A DNA stretch of 64,000 nucleotides from Candidatus Latescibacterota bacterium (GCA_965248435.1 OZ252100.1:5312001-5376000); one strand, 5' to 3'; positions 41,677 through 53,131 are shown, counted from the stretch's first letter. The notes: generated by a model not told the origin, from the letters alone. A program made the numbers and translations.

Positions 41677-43373
41677 CCTGATTAATTCATGAATCATCAG
41701 ATAATGCAATTTAGGGAAGCAGAAAGAGCTTCCGAGTGAGACGAGAAACGAAAGAGCACGGGCTGAGACGGATTTGGCGTGTCCAGGCCGTGTCGGCGGC
41801 GCCTGCTGGCAGCACGTTTGCTCCGTGGCGTCAGGTTGCTCTGAATTCCGCTGTCAAGAGCACAGACGTCTCCGTGGCTGTTGGTCGTGTCGCTCCAAAC
41901 GTGAAGGCGGGGTCAGCACGTCGATGGGTTATGGAACATCCGTTGCCAGATTATAGAGGATCTTGCCGTAAAGGTGTTTGAGTGGAAACGCCGTTGGGAG
42001 ATGGAACTTGATCCTGGTTTTCAACTCACGAACGCGCCCGGCGACTTTCAAGAGACGGTTTTGCAGGGTATTGAACTGTGCGTTCGTCCACTTCGTGCCG
42101 CGCAACCCGGTTTGTGCCAAGGCGTGCATCAGGACATAGGCGGCGCTGTGGAGAAAGAGACGGAAGTGATTGGCCTGGAAGGTGTGACAAGAGGTGCGAT
42201 CGGAATGGAGAAAGGTCTTGTGATTCTTGATGAAGTTTTCCATCCTGCCGCGTGCGCAATAGGCGGTTTTGTAGATGAATGACGGTTGGGCGCGCTTTAG
42301 GTTGGTGACCACGAATCGGATATTGTCTCCTTGCGGGGTGACTTCCGCCTTGCAGATGATGCGTTGTGGACAAGCCCATGTTTTCGCCTGATAGTCCCAG
42401 CAGTGATAAAGGCGCGTGGTTGTTCCGGAATCGGCATACAGCGCTTTGGCCTGGTCCATCAAGGGCAGTGCCGAGCGCAGCAGTTTGGCGTTGCCGTTTT
42501 GTCCAAAGACAAAATACACATCTTCTTCCTCACACAACGTATGAACTTCGGGGCAAGAAAAATGCGCATCGCCGCGCAACAGGATCGCCACGTCGGGCCA
42601 GGCGCGGCGCAGGTAGGCGATCACCCGTTTGAGGATGGTGACGATCTCTTTACCCGTGGGCCGCCTGCCAGGACGCAAGACCGTCGTGATCAACTTGCCC
42701 GTCTGGCCTTCATAGATATGCAGGGGCTGGTAGCAATAGCCATTGAAATACGCATTGAACAACGACAACTGTTGAGACCCATACACCTTGTCTTCCGTGT
42801 CATCGATATCCAACAGAATGGCTTCGGGCGGTTCCTCATACGAGGCGACAAACACATCCGCAAAGGCCTTGGCGATCCGATACAAATCGGTTCTGCTGAT
42901 CCGGTTCTCGAACCGACTCATCGTGGGCTGACTGGCCAGATCCGCACCGGAAAGCGGCAACCGATCACAGGCCGCCTTGAAGCCGGGGTCCTCGCGCAAC
43001 GTATTGCAATCGTTCGCATCCTCATAGCCACAGGCCATCTGAAACACACGTTGTTTGATCAGGTCCGTCATCGAATGATGTACGTAACTTTGATGTCGGC
43101 GATCCGTGAGCGCCGCAACCATCCTATGCAAAATCCCGGTTCTGGCCTCCACCTCACGAAGCAGCAGCACCCCGCTGTCGCTGGTCAGGATGCCTCCGTC
43201 GAAGGTGGCTTCTACCGGCTTACCAGAAAGACTTGCGAAAGACACCCTGTGATGTGTATCTTGAACTCCCACGGTAGTTTCCTCCTGTTTCATTGTGTTA
43301 TGGTTATTTGCGTAACCACAATATAATACAATGACTTGGGTAAGGAAACTACCTTTTTTATGAATTATTCAGG
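41677..43373 (-). mobile_element. IS1380-family element (transposase 41929-43293)
   Basis: IRs CCTGATTAATTCAT / CCTGAATAATTCAT; TSDSGVLLL, LRGDAHF, RGRMENFIK. Confidence 0.92.
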
Positions 43374-43721
43374 CTAGAAACACCAGAACAGTAAGAATCG
43401 CGATGAGCACATTCGTTCTCGTCTGGAGCAGCTCCAGGCGACGCTGGATATAGATTCTCATTCCCCAAATATTCTGTTTATCTCTATCATACACATCTCG
43501 TCGACCAGACAGAGAATCGAACTGATAAGTGGTTATTGCTCGTGACTCATCATACGGCCTAAGCGAACAAGAAAGAAAAGCCGGACCATCGTTGAAGCTG
43601 GTAAGACGGACAATGTATATTTCAACTGAGTCGTTCGGATTTATCGGCTGAATTGAAAATTCACTATCACAGCTATAACCATGCCTGTCTTGATATTTAA
43701 TCCAAATGTCTGTGATTGTGG

Positions 43722-44945
43722 TGACCTGCCCCCACCTATGTATCCACATCCAGAGTTAGGATGCGGTTGCAACTAGCGGTCCTAAGACCGTTTCAGGCGC
43801 CGGCGGCCTATAGCCAAGCGAGCTGTGTGGGCGGACCCGATTGTACTGCCGTCGCCACACCTCGGTCAACACCTTTGCCTCCTGCAGCGTCGTGAAGATC
43901 TCACCGTTGAGGAGTTCATCCCTGAGTTTCCCGTTGAAGCTTTCGATGTAGCCGTTCTCCCACGGACTACCCGGCTCGATGAACAACGTCCCGACCTCCA
44001 ACCTCGAGAGCCACTCCCGGACGGCTTTGGCCACGAACTCGGGCCCGTTGTCCGATCTGATGTGTTTCGGGATGCCGTGCCTCAACATCAGCCCGGCCAA
44101 CATCCGTAGAACGTCCCGCGAGCTCTGCTTGCGGGCAACTTCTATCGCCAGGCACTCGCGGGTGAACTCGTCGACCACCGTCAGGAGCTTCAGGGGCCTC
44201 CCTTCCTGGGTCCGATCGAATAGGAAGTCGTAAGCCCAAACGTGGTTGCCGTGCTCCGGTCTGAGCCTGATGCAGGAACCGTCATTGAGCCACAGCCGAC
44301 CGCGCTTCGGCTGTCTGGCGGGCACCTTCAGCCCCTCCTGACGCCAGATCCGCTCCACCCGCTTGTGGTTCACCCGCCAGCCGTCACCCCTGAGCAGGGC
44401 CGTGATCCTACGGTAGCCATACCGCCCGTATTCGCTGGCCAGAGAGACGATGCTCGCGGTCAGAAGCTCCTCGTCGTCTCCCACCCTGGGCGTGTATCGC
44501 TGGGTGCGCCTCACCTGTCCCAGCACACGGCACGCCCGACGCTCGGAAACGGTCAGCACCTCACAGACGTGCCCGACCGTCTGACGCCGACGCGTCGGGC
44601 TTAGAAGTTTCCCCGGGAGGCTTCCTTCAGGATCGAGATGTCCAGAGCCTGGTCGGCGACCAGCCTCTTCAACCGTTGGTTTTCCTGATCGAGCTCTTTC
44701 AGGCGCCGGGCTTGATCGACTTCCATTCCGCCGTATTCACGGCGCCAACGGTAGTAGGTCTGCTCGCTGATGCCGAGATGGCGCGCAGCCTCACCGATGG
44801 TCTTGCCCTCGGAGATGAGGATCTCCGCTTGCCGGAGGTGCCCGATGATCTGCTCTGCGGTATAACGCTTTCTGGCCATAATGACCCCTTTCTGGTTACC
44901 CATATCCTAACTCTAGGAATGGGAACAATCCAGGGGGTCAGGTCA
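43722..44945 (-). mobile_element. IS3-family element C (IS407-group-like)
   Basis: TGACCTG ends; OrfA 44601-44879, OrfB 43756-44559 with WAYDF, SDNGPEF, ENGYIESFNG. Confidence 0.93.
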
Positions 44946-45220
44946 ATCTGGTCCGGCGGGAACTGGCCACCCCATAGGGATCGGTCCGTCCAAACCGGAC
45001 GGACACGCACAGAAAGGACCGTCCGGAACGCTTCCGGGGCAGAAAACACCCCCGGAAGCCCCCGAGATGACGCCGCTTTCAACATGAACATACTCTGAAA
45101 AACTCATATTATACCACGTGATCGAACAAATGGGTTGATCAGAGGTTTTCCCAAAGTGCCGGTTGTTGGACATTTTCCCGAGAGAAAGTCATAGTTTTTC
45201 CGTTGACCGGCTGAGGCTGT

Positions 45221-45256
45221 TTGTATATTTGTGACAGCTTGTATATTTGTGACAGC
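45221..45256. repeat. Perfect 18-bp tandem duplication upstream of operon
   Basis: TTGTATATTTGTGACAGC x2. Confidence 0.85.
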
Positions 45257-45338
45257 TTGGCGGCAACATTTTCGCCTGGGGAAGTGTAGCTTTTTTTGCG
45301 GCTGATTCTGGAAGCAGCTTGGCTTCAGGGAGTGCCTC

Positions 45339-46631
45339 GTGGATGGTCCTCAACACCACACGGTCATCATTGTAGGTGGAGGTCCTGCCGGGCTCGGATT
45401 CGCCGTGGCTTTGGGAGGATGGCATCCCTATTTCCGCGAAGGTCGTCTCATTCGACAGCGCCATCCTGAGCTTGCCTCCTTCCTGGCTGCCTTCAAACGA
45501 TCATTACTAGCACTCAACTTTGAAGAAGCCCTCGATATGGGCATAGCCCCTGTCAAGCTCTTCCGCAATTTGCATCATCCTCAGCGGGAGTTTTGCGGAA
45601 CAAGTGAGATTGCTCTCGAATTTCGGCAAGGAAGGCCGATAGACTACTTACTAATCTCGCAGGAAGAAGTTGGTGGGGTCTGGAATGGAGCTCCCCGAGA
45701 TCTTATATCCATTTCGCCGGGTCATTGGATGGAACTCGCATTCTACCCGCTTGCAGATCATGTACAGGACCTGAGAGTTGACGTAGATGATGTGGACGAG
45801 CCAATTTCGAGGAGAAACCTGGTCAACTATTACCGTTGCATTCCAGGGAAGTTTGGGCAGTCAGACCACATTCGGACGAGAGAAAGGGTTGAACAGATCG
45901 AGCCGCATCAGAGAGGGTTCCTCCTGCGTTCACGAGATCTGTGTACAGGGAACTCACGCCAATATACCTGCAAGTACGTTATCTACGCCGTGGGACAACG
46001 ATGTATTCTTCGTCGATTGAATGTACGAGGTGAGAATTTGAGTTTTGTTACGAATCGCTACAGCAGCCCGGAGGACTTTTCAGGATTTCGTTTCGCTGTT
46101 GTGGGCGGAGGAAGGTCGGGAGACTGGGTGGCAACAGAGCTACACGACGCAGGTCGCCAGGTCTTCTACATAATGCGGCAACCCTTCGCGCGCCACCATA
46201 GATCGGAGGACGATCGCCACTATGGGCGTATCACCGAAATAAAGCGGAGCCGTTCCCCTCGATTCGAGATTCTTTATGAAACTCAAGTAAAAGGATTCGA
46301 AAGGTTCTCCAACGCTGGGAGAGTCATTCTTAGCTCAAGAGGCAAAGAGCGTACTCTTAATGTCGACCACGTTGTTGTAGAAATCGGAGGCATCGCTGAC
46401 TACTCGATTTTCAAAGGGTTTCCTCCCCTAAATCTGTCCGAGATGTATGATCGGCATCGGCTTCAGGTACACCAGTTGTCTACCTATCCGCACAACTATG
46501 AATCAACGGAAATCCCCAACCTCTATCCCGGAGGCTATCTGGCTAAAGGGATCCTGCCCTTCGTTGGAGCAATGCACGGTAGTACGTATCCAATCGTTGG
46601 TGACATAGCGAAAAAGGAGGGAGCTTTGTAG
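45339..46631 (+). CDS. FAD/NAD(P)-dependent oxidoreductase, OSGIN-like
   Basis: IVGGGPAG, GGVW, second VVGGGRSG motif. Confidence 0.8.
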   Translation: MDGPQHHTVIIVGGGPAGLGFAVALGGWHPYFREGRLIRQRHPELASFLAAFKRSLLALNFEEALDMGIAPVKLFRNLHHPQREFCGTSEIALEFRQGRPIDYLLISQEEVGGVWNGAPRDLISISPGHWMELAFYPLADHVQDLRVDVDDVDEPISRRNLVNYYRCIPGKFGQSDHIRTRERVEQIEPHQRGFLLRSRDLCTGNSRQYTCKYVIYAVGQRCILRRLNVRGENLSFVTNRYSSPEDFSGFRFAVVGGGRSGDWVATELHDAGRQVFYIMRQPFARHHRSEDDRHYGRITEIKRSRSPRFEILYETQVKGFERFSNAGRVILSSRGKERTLNVDHVVVEIGGIADYSIFKGFPPLNLSEMYDRHRLQVHQLSTYPHNYESTEIPNLYPGGYLAKGILPFVGAMHGSTYPIVGDIAKKEGAL

Positions 46632-46763
46632 CCGCACCTATCCTCAGCCGCCCATTGATTACCCTCGTACTCGGGGGGGTGTACCACTGTATCCCCATTT
46701 AATTGTGCTGGTCAAACGCTGATTGCCACTCAAGTCTAAGCTAAATCAATCGGGGCTCGATTT

Positions 46764-47075
46764 ATGGAAAAAGTATTCTGTTTTCGCTTCGACTTTGAAA
46801 GCGTTTTCTTCGACAGTAGAGACCGTACAGTTCTCCTGGTACGTGATGAGCTTCAAGAATCGCGTGATGAGTCGTTGTCGAGAGATGCTGAATTTTCAGT
46901 TCTATCTTCACATTCATCCAAGGCAGTCCGCTCAATGCGAACTGCGAAGTCCGATCAAGAAAGCTTTCCAATGGAGATTCCCCTCACTTCGCTCGCAGAA
47001 GATCTTCTATTTCGAAGACAGAGAAGCGAACGATTAGGACTCGAATTGCTCAGCCAGTTGTGGAAGGCCAGTTAA
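46764..47075 (+). CDS. Small hypothetical protein (103 aa)
   Basis: Co-directional ORF filling the operon gap; weak RBS. Confidence 0.5.
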   Translation: MEKVFCFRFDFESVFFDSRDRTVLLVRDELQESRDESLSRDAEFSVLSSHSSKAVRSMRTAKSDQESFPMEIPLTSLAEDLLFRRQRSERLGLELLSQLWKAS

Positions 47076-47153
47076 TGAGAACCTAGCTATGTGCATCATA
47101 CCTGGCAGGACACTCGTCGGGGCTCAATCATTTCCGGCGCAGGAGGAGAGTGA

Positions 47154-48212
47154 ATGTACGATGTATCCGTTGACACGTGCGGAGTTAGAATACAGTTCTT
47201 GATAGAGTGCTCATCACTGCGAGACCTGATTGCGCCTGCTTTTCTTCACCCGGGGCGACATTTCAGAAACAGGGAGGTGACTACCACCATATGGATTTGT
47301 CCTCGGAGTTCGTCATCAAACCTTGAAGGGCAAATGCCTAATAAGCTGAGAAAAGCGTTTGCTGATTTTGGATCTTGGCTCATGAGATACTGCAGGGACG
47401 AAAAAGCATATGAAAGAAGCGATGCGCGAGTGTTCTACAAGGATCAATATGCCGGGTGGTGTTTCCAAGGCCAACAGAATCAGTTCTGCATAGTAGACTT
47501 GGAATCATGGAATGAAACAGGATATGATCATGCGTATTTCTACTATATGATCCTTCGCCCATTAATGTACGAGGCTCTTTGGAAGGAAGGGAGATTCTTC
47601 TTACATGGAGCAGGGCTCCGAAGCGCCGATGACAAGACCATGCTGTTGATTGGGGACAGAAATCACGGAAAGACAACCCTTGGGATAGCTGGATGCTTAT
47701 GCGGGTATAAACTGCTCACTGATGACACCTTGATCTGTCAGTATCGAAGCGAAAATGGTCAGATTCTATTTGATACCATTCAGAGGGAAGTTCACATCGA
47801 TCCTGAGCTTCGACACAGGCTTCCAGGTCTCTCCGCACTCGAGGGTTTAAAGCCTTACGCATCCGAGGAAAAGGAGGTTGGTATACGTCTGTCTGATCTA
47901 TTCCCTCACTCAATAGCTACTGAGCTTTGCAATGTCAATGTACTCGCCTTCCCTCTTATATCTGATGTACCCAACTCCTCACTGCAGGCAATGAACGCAA
48001 GTCATGCGTTTGGCCATCTGGTACTGAACAGCTATACGGGCCTTATCGACAACTCAGCTGATTCGACGCTCCACCAGCTATCGGCTTTTGCGGAGATATG
48101 TAGGAGGGCGAAGTCAGTGATACTTGTATGTGGTAGGGACTCTTACGATGATCCCCGTAAGGCGATCAGGCTGCTAGAAGGTGCGTTTAGCGAGAGTCTG
48201 AAAGTAGCATGA
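47154..48212 (+). CDS. HprK-related kinase
   Basis: LHGAGL...GDRNHGKTT...LLTDD; AGGAGG RBS. Confidence 0.8.
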   Translation: MYDVSVDTCGVRIQFLIECSSLRDLIAPAFLHPGRHFRNREVTTTIWICPRSSSSNLEGQMPNKLRKAFADFGSWLMRYCRDEKAYERSDARVFYKDQYAGWCFQGQQNQFCIVDLESWNETGYDHAYFYYMILRPLMYEALWKEGRFFLHGAGLRSADDKTMLLIGDRNHGKTTLGIAGCLCGYKLLTDDTLICQYRSENGQILFDTIQREVHIDPELRHRLPGLSALEGLKPYASEEKEVGIRLSDLFPHSIATELCNVNVLAFPLISDVPNSSLQAMNASHAFGHLVLNSYTGLIDNSADSTLHQLSAFAEICRRAKSVILVCGRDSYDDPRKAIRLLEGAFSESLKVA

Positions 48213-48279
48213 GACTCGATTCCAAGGCCGTCTCTGTAAAGCAGAGTGGGCATGCTACGGCCAGTGAAAGGGATGAGAG

Positions 48280-49887
48280 ATGAAAACAGTGTTAGTCAGC
48301 GAAACACTTCGGTATAGAGGCTTCAATGGGATGAACAAAGCTCTGCCGGTCTTGGCTTCAAGTCTGTGCAACGCTGGTTTCACCAATGTTGTACAACTTG
48401 ATCTCGAGAGACCAGAGCTCAGTATAACGGATGTCTGCTCAGAAGCCAGAGATGCCGATCTTGTTGCCTTTGCTGGATGTATGACCCCGCAGTGGCCAGA
48501 GCTCGATGTAAGCACAAAGTATGTTGCGGACTACTTGGAAGGCCTCGGAAAGAGGATCCCCATCATCGTGGGCGGGCACGCGGCTAAGAGCGTTGAAAGT
48601 ATAGCTGCCGTGACGCCTTGGATAACAGCTTTTTTCGACGGCGATGGAGAGAAGGCGATTGTTGATATTGTAAAACTCATTGCCGAAGGATGCTTCCGCC
48701 AACGGAAACATGAGGTCACTGGACTTTGTTTCGTTGACGAGTTTGGTCAATTTCACAAATCCATCAGCGATAGGGTGATGGACCTGAATGAGTATGATCA
48801 GAACTACAGGGCGGTCCATATACCACAAGTTCATGATATGAAAATTTTCACTGACAGTCGAGGGAGACAGCTCAAGACTGGCCAACTCTTCACACAGAGG
48901 GGGTGCCCTTGGAATTGCTCATATTGCAGCAAGAGCACGGAGAATAACCTCGTGCCCAGATTGAACGAAGAGGCGATAAGGAGAAACCTCAGGAGTCTAA
49001 AAGCGGAGGGCTATGAGGCTGTCTATCTCGACGTAGATACTTTCACTGTGAACAAGCCTGTTGCGAGAATGGAAGCCGAGATTTTGAAGGAAGAGGGCTT
49101 CTTCTGGGGGTCTAACACGAGAGTAGACATGGTAGACTTGGATTTGATCCAACACCTAGCTAGCAACAACTGTATCTACATGTTCTACGGCGTGGAGCAC
49201 ACGCAGCCAGAGGTTTTGCTAGCGCTGAATAAGTTTAATGGACCCATCAGAAGCCAGACTAGGCAGATAGACTACTACCGTAAAGCGATTCGGAGGGTGT
49301 TCACTTGGATGAACGAAGCCGGCATTCCGAGCGCCTACTTCGTGATTTTTGGACTCCCGAAGGTGCGGCTGGATGACGCTGGGACAGGCAATGAGGGTTA
49401 TGAGCCAACGACACTTGAAGACGATGTTGAGGCGGTTAAATTCGGATTAGACTACTGTAATCCATCCTACTTAAACTTCAATGTACTAAGATTCATGCCC
49501 GGCAGTGCGTCTGCGGATCTCCCGAACCATTCCGCCTTTTCTTGTGTAAGGCCCTCGGGAGACGCTCCAATTGATGCTGGCTACTTTTTGCCTCGCCTTG
49601 TGAGGGCTAATGGATATAAGCTTCAGGAGAATCATCCGGTATACAGACTCTGTGAGTCTGTTGCGGCAAATCAACCAACGACGACGGCGGTTAATCCGCA
49701 GAGAGTTTACGAGTGTGTTCGGAGAGTCATGAATCACATCAATCATAGGATCGATTCATCGAAGAAACCTACAACGTTGTTTATCGATAGGGACATCCTC
49801 TCCCAAGGCCTCGTAAGAAGGGACGAAGAAGGAAGGTACAGTATTGCTCCCCTTAAGGAATTCGATGACCTACCCGCACCACAGTGA
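48280..49887 (+). CDS. B12-binding-domain radical SAM protein
   Basis: IIVGGHA, GDGEKAI, RGCPWNCSYC (CxxxCxxC), GVE. Confidence 0.88.
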   Translation: MKTVLVSETLRYRGFNGMNKALPVLASSLCNAGFTNVVQLDLERPELSITDVCSEARDADLVAFAGCMTPQWPELDVSTKYVADYLEGLGKRIPIIVGGHAAKSVESIAAVTPWITAFFDGDGEKAIVDIVKLIAEGCFRQRKHEVTGLCFVDEFGQFHKSISDRVMDLNEYDQNYRAVHIPQVHDMKIFTDSRGRQLKTGQLFTQRGCPWNCSYCSKSTENNLVPRLNEEAIRRNLRSLKAEGYEAVYLDVDTFTVNKPVARMEAEILKEEGFFWGSNTRVDMVDLDLIQHLASNNCIYMFYGVEHTQPEVLLALNKFNGPIRSQTRQIDYYRKAIRRVFTWMNEAGIPSAYFVIFGLPKVRLDDAGTGNEGYEPTTLEDDVEAVKFGLDYCNPSYLNFNVLRFMPGSASADLPNHSAFSCVRPSGDAPIDAGYFLPRLVRANGYKLQENHPVYRLCESVAANQPTTTAVNPQRVYECVRRVMNHINHRIDSSKKPTTLFIDRDILSQGLVRRDEEGRYSIAPLKEFDDLPAPQ

Positions 49888-50019
49888 TCTGATGTGGACA
49901 GGATTACAGCTTGCAAGACATTCCAACAGCGTTCAGTAGTCCAGAATTCAGATTGCAGCGGCCAGATACAAACTTGCAGTGAGTGGCGAAGACCAGTACA
50001 TAGAGTTATAGATGTTCTA

Positions 50020-50994
50020 ATGACAAAGCTTGTCGTAACTCTTTGGGGCTCAATGAGTCTCTCCGACCTTGAATTTCTGGTAGATAACGGCGTCCAGTGT
50101 TATAGGCTGAACTGTGCCAGATTGTCCAATAGCACGGTGAGGAAACTGATTCAAACGGTGAGGGAGTTACACGCAAGAGTAGGAATTGAGCCCAAGATCT
50201 TTGTCGATCTCCCGGGAAACAAAGCCAGGTTGTGGGCCGATGGAATGGACATTTCAGAAGGATCTAGACTATCGGTGAAGTTGGGAAGTAGTAAAACGAA
50301 TGAGGTTTATATCACTGGGAGCGATCTGATACATGTGATAGAAGTAGGAGATGTTCTCGTTGTCCGCGGGAGAAAGAGAATAGAGTTGCTTGTGGAGCAT
50401 CAAGGAGCTGAGGACATTGTACTGAAAGCGCTTTGTGACGGGAGAATCGGCGGCGGATATCATGTTGTGATAAAGGACAGATACTTCCCATGTCTTCACT
50501 TGACAGAGGAAGACAAGAGCCTGCTTCCTTCGGTGTTCGGCATGCAGCCGGACTTCATTGCTGCGTCATTTGCTGACTCCCCGGGAGTTATGAGTGAACT
50601 TGCACTGCAAGGCGCGAGATCTGGGACTTCTGCCAAGCTTCTGGCGAAGCTTGAATCTCCATCGGCCTTATCCAACATGGAGGCAATCCTGGCTGAATCT
50701 GATGGTGCAGTACTGGGAAGAGATGATCTCTCAGCGTGGATGAGCAGCGATCAAATACGCACACAAGTCGAAAGGACAATTTCGTACTGCAAGAGGAATA
50801 AGATAGTTTCTGTTCCCGCATCGAGCTACTTCAGAAGCCTACTCTCTAACGACTGTTTTTCCGATGATGAAGCAGAAGAATTGGCCAACGTTCTTACTAT
50901 GACCCCCGACTATCTCTACTGCAACGAAACCTCGATTTCCGATCGTTGGCCTATCGTAATCAAGAAAGCAAGAAGCCTCGGTATGCTCGAATAG
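50020..50994 (+). CDS. Divergent pyruvate-kinase-like protein (no C domain)
   Basis: TKLVVTL, YRLNC, DLPGNKAR, AASF, AKLES, GRDDL, NETS. Confidence 0.75.
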   Translation: MTKLVVTLWGSMSLSDLEFLVDNGVQCYRLNCARLSNSTVRKLIQTVRELHARVGIEPKIFVDLPGNKARLWADGMDISEGSRLSVKLGSSKTNEVYITGSDLIHVIEVGDVLVVRGRKRIELLVEHQGAEDIVLKALCDGRIGGGYHVVIKDRYFPCLHLTEEDKSLLPSVFGMQPDFIAASFADSPGVMSELALQGARSGTSAKLLAKLESPSALSNMEAILAESDGAVLGRDDLSAWMSSDQIRTQVERTISYCKRNKIVSVPASSYFRSLLSNDCFSDDEAEELANVLTMTPDYLYCNETSISDRWPIVIKKARSLGMLE

Positions 50995-51093
50995 TGTTAA
51001 GATATCCTCTCGTCCCTTCTGATCCAAGAAATGTAACTTCCGGCATCTGTCTTTGTGAAGAAAGCTCACTATTCACATGGGAGAGGTGATAGT

Positions 51094-53016
51094 ATGACTA
51101 TAAGGCATGGTGATTTGCCCGAAACCTTTGGCACGAGATTCTGCCAAGAAGGAATACCCTTACCGGAACTATCCCCAGAAGAGGTCTTATTGGTTCACTT
51201 TTCGAGGTCATTATTGCTTCCCGCCGTTTTGAAGGCTATGAATAAGATTCTCAGAGGTGAAGTTGATTGGAAGGTGTTTCTGGATGGCTCGAAGAGACAT
51301 CGTCTGCACAGTCGGATTTACCATCATTGTGTAAAACACGGCCTGCAGATTCCCTCGCAAGTTACGAGAAGCTTGGAGGACGCTGCTAAGACTGCAAAGG
51401 AGACGACATCTCAGTGTTTCCATGAAATTGAGCAGATCCGAAGAGCTTTGCTAAATGTCGATGCTCCAGTTGTGCTCCAGAAGGGCCCTGCGTTGATCCA
51501 CCAGGTATACGATTCGCAATTTGTCCGACCGTTCAGAGATATTGATCTCTTAACGCCTACGTGTTTCGTCCCAGAGGTTGAGGGATGTCTTAGGAACATG
51601 GGGTATGAGCCCGAGTTCAAGTATTCGGTGACGCGTATCATAAGGCCCGCAACCCCACTGGAAATCCAAAGGAATAAGTACAACTACCACTTGAGGCCTA
51701 TGAGAAAGTTCGAGAACGATATACCAGGAAGTATACCAGTGGAACTTCATTACACAGGATTCTCGAAGGGGAAATTCGACTTTGATAGTATTGTTAAGAA
51801 TAGTGAGAACCTTGAAGCAATTGGGTCTGGATTGAAAGTACCATCTCTAGCCGATCAGGTTATTCTTACCAGCATACACCTCCATCAGCATGTCGGCCTT
51901 GGCCTGCTTATTCAGGAATCTACGTCTGGCTGGGTAGGAATACTTAAGTATCTCTCAGATGTTTACGCTTGTTTGCGTATATACCTAGCGTTTGTAGGTG
52001 ATTGGGCGCAACTAACTGAGCGAAGTATCGACATTCACGCAAATGAAATGCTGGGATATGCACTCTATTATCTCAATATCTTCTATGGGAGGGGGACAGT
52101 TCCAGAGGGGATGGTAAGTTACTTGATTTCCCCAGGTGAGTTAGAAGTTCCACTGTCTGGGAATATCTGCGTTACCGTAGATTCCATCGATCACTTCCTC
52201 CAGCCCGACATCAAGACCGCCACTAGCACGTACGGCCCAGCCCTATGGATGCTTAATCTGCCGAATGTGATCAAGAGGCTTCGCAATGAGTTTGATAGTT
52301 GGAATGCACAGGATGGACATATGCTGGCCGCGCGTTGTCATCGCGTGGCTACCGATTCTCTTGTTGACGGTATGCCCGATGACGAGACCTGGAGGCTGGC
52401 TGAAGAGCAATCTATTGACGAGGATAATCCTAATCGTAGAGGGTTTTTCAGAACGCACTTGGCGCAAGGATTATGGCCTAGTCAAGGTGGAGTAAAAGGG
52501 TATTTGCGTCTTTTGTGGAACGATCAGCATTTGTTCATAAGAACCAGGGTGACAGCAGATTGTATCCATTATGTGTCTTCCGATAGCATCAGGCCAGGCG
52601 AGATGGTGACTTTTCATGTCTCCAACCTATTGGATAAAGAAATGACCGTGAACAAGGTAAGCGTCCAAATTCGAGAGGGTGGATATGGAGAGTTAAACCG
52701 TTCAATGCTCGGCGAAAAATTGTTGGAAAATGTCGTGCGTCTTGAAGACGTACGTCTCCTTGTTTGCACATCAAGCGATGAATACTGTCTCGTTGTTGGC
52801 ATTCCATGGGATGCAATGAGTATGATTCCATATCCTGGATTTTCTTTCGGATTCGATTCAGAAATACGGCACTGCTATCTAGTTCGCCGTCCGTTTAATG
52901 AATTTCCACAACCGAAAACAGTTATCAGATGGTCAGGCGGGCCGTTTCCAATGTCACACTACCCAGAATTCTATGGTACCGGAATTCTGTGGGACAGATC
53001 TGCAATGAGTAGGTAA
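51094..53016 (+). CDS. Nucleotidyltransferase-family protein with C-terminal CBM9/DOMON-like domain
   Basis: QKGPAL..VY..RPFRDIDLL, VELH; LLWNDQHLFI..V..D and IPW..GFD. Confidence 0.75.
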   Translation: MTIRHGDLPETFGTRFCQEGIPLPELSPEEVLLVHFSRSLLLPAVLKAMNKILRGEVDWKVFLDGSKRHRLHSRIYHHCVKHGLQIPSQVTRSLEDAAKTAKETTSQCFHEIEQIRRALLNVDAPVVLQKGPALIHQVYDSQFVRPFRDIDLLTPTCFVPEVEGCLRNMGYEPEFKYSVTRIIRPATPLEIQRNKYNYHLRPMRKFENDIPGSIPVELHYTGFSKGKFDFDSIVKNSENLEAIGSGLKVPSLADQVILTSIHLHQHVGLGLLIQESTSGWVGILKYLSDVYACLRIYLAFVGDWAQLTERSIDIHANEMLGYALYYLNIFYGRGTVPEGMVSYLISPGELEVPLSGNICVTVDSIDHFLQPDIKTATSTYGPALWMLNLPNVIKRLRNEFDSWNAQDGHMLAARCHRVATDSLVDGMPDDETWRLAEEQSIDEDNPNRRGFFRTHLAQGLWPSQGGVKGYLRLLWNDQHLFIRTRVTADCIHYVSSDSIRPGEMVTFHVSNLLDKEMTVNKVSVQIREGGYGELNRSMLGEKLLENVVRLEDVRLLVCTSSDEYCLVVGIPWDAMSMIPYPGFSFGFDSEIRHCYLVRRPFNEFPQPKTVIRWSGGPFPMSHYPEFYGTGILWDRSAMSR

Positions 53017-53131
53017 CTCTTCGTTTCCCTTCGTAGGAACAATCTTCGTGACAGAAAGATGAGTGTCCAATGAGAACTTATGGGAGTATCACTACTAAGA
53101 ACCAAGCTTCGATTTCAAATCGGTGTCGAAT

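Noticed and set aside
47154-53016. Canonical lasso peptide or phosphonate cluster
   Set aside because: No asparagine-synthetase-like cyclase, leader peptidase, PqqD/RRE or PEP mutase motif seen
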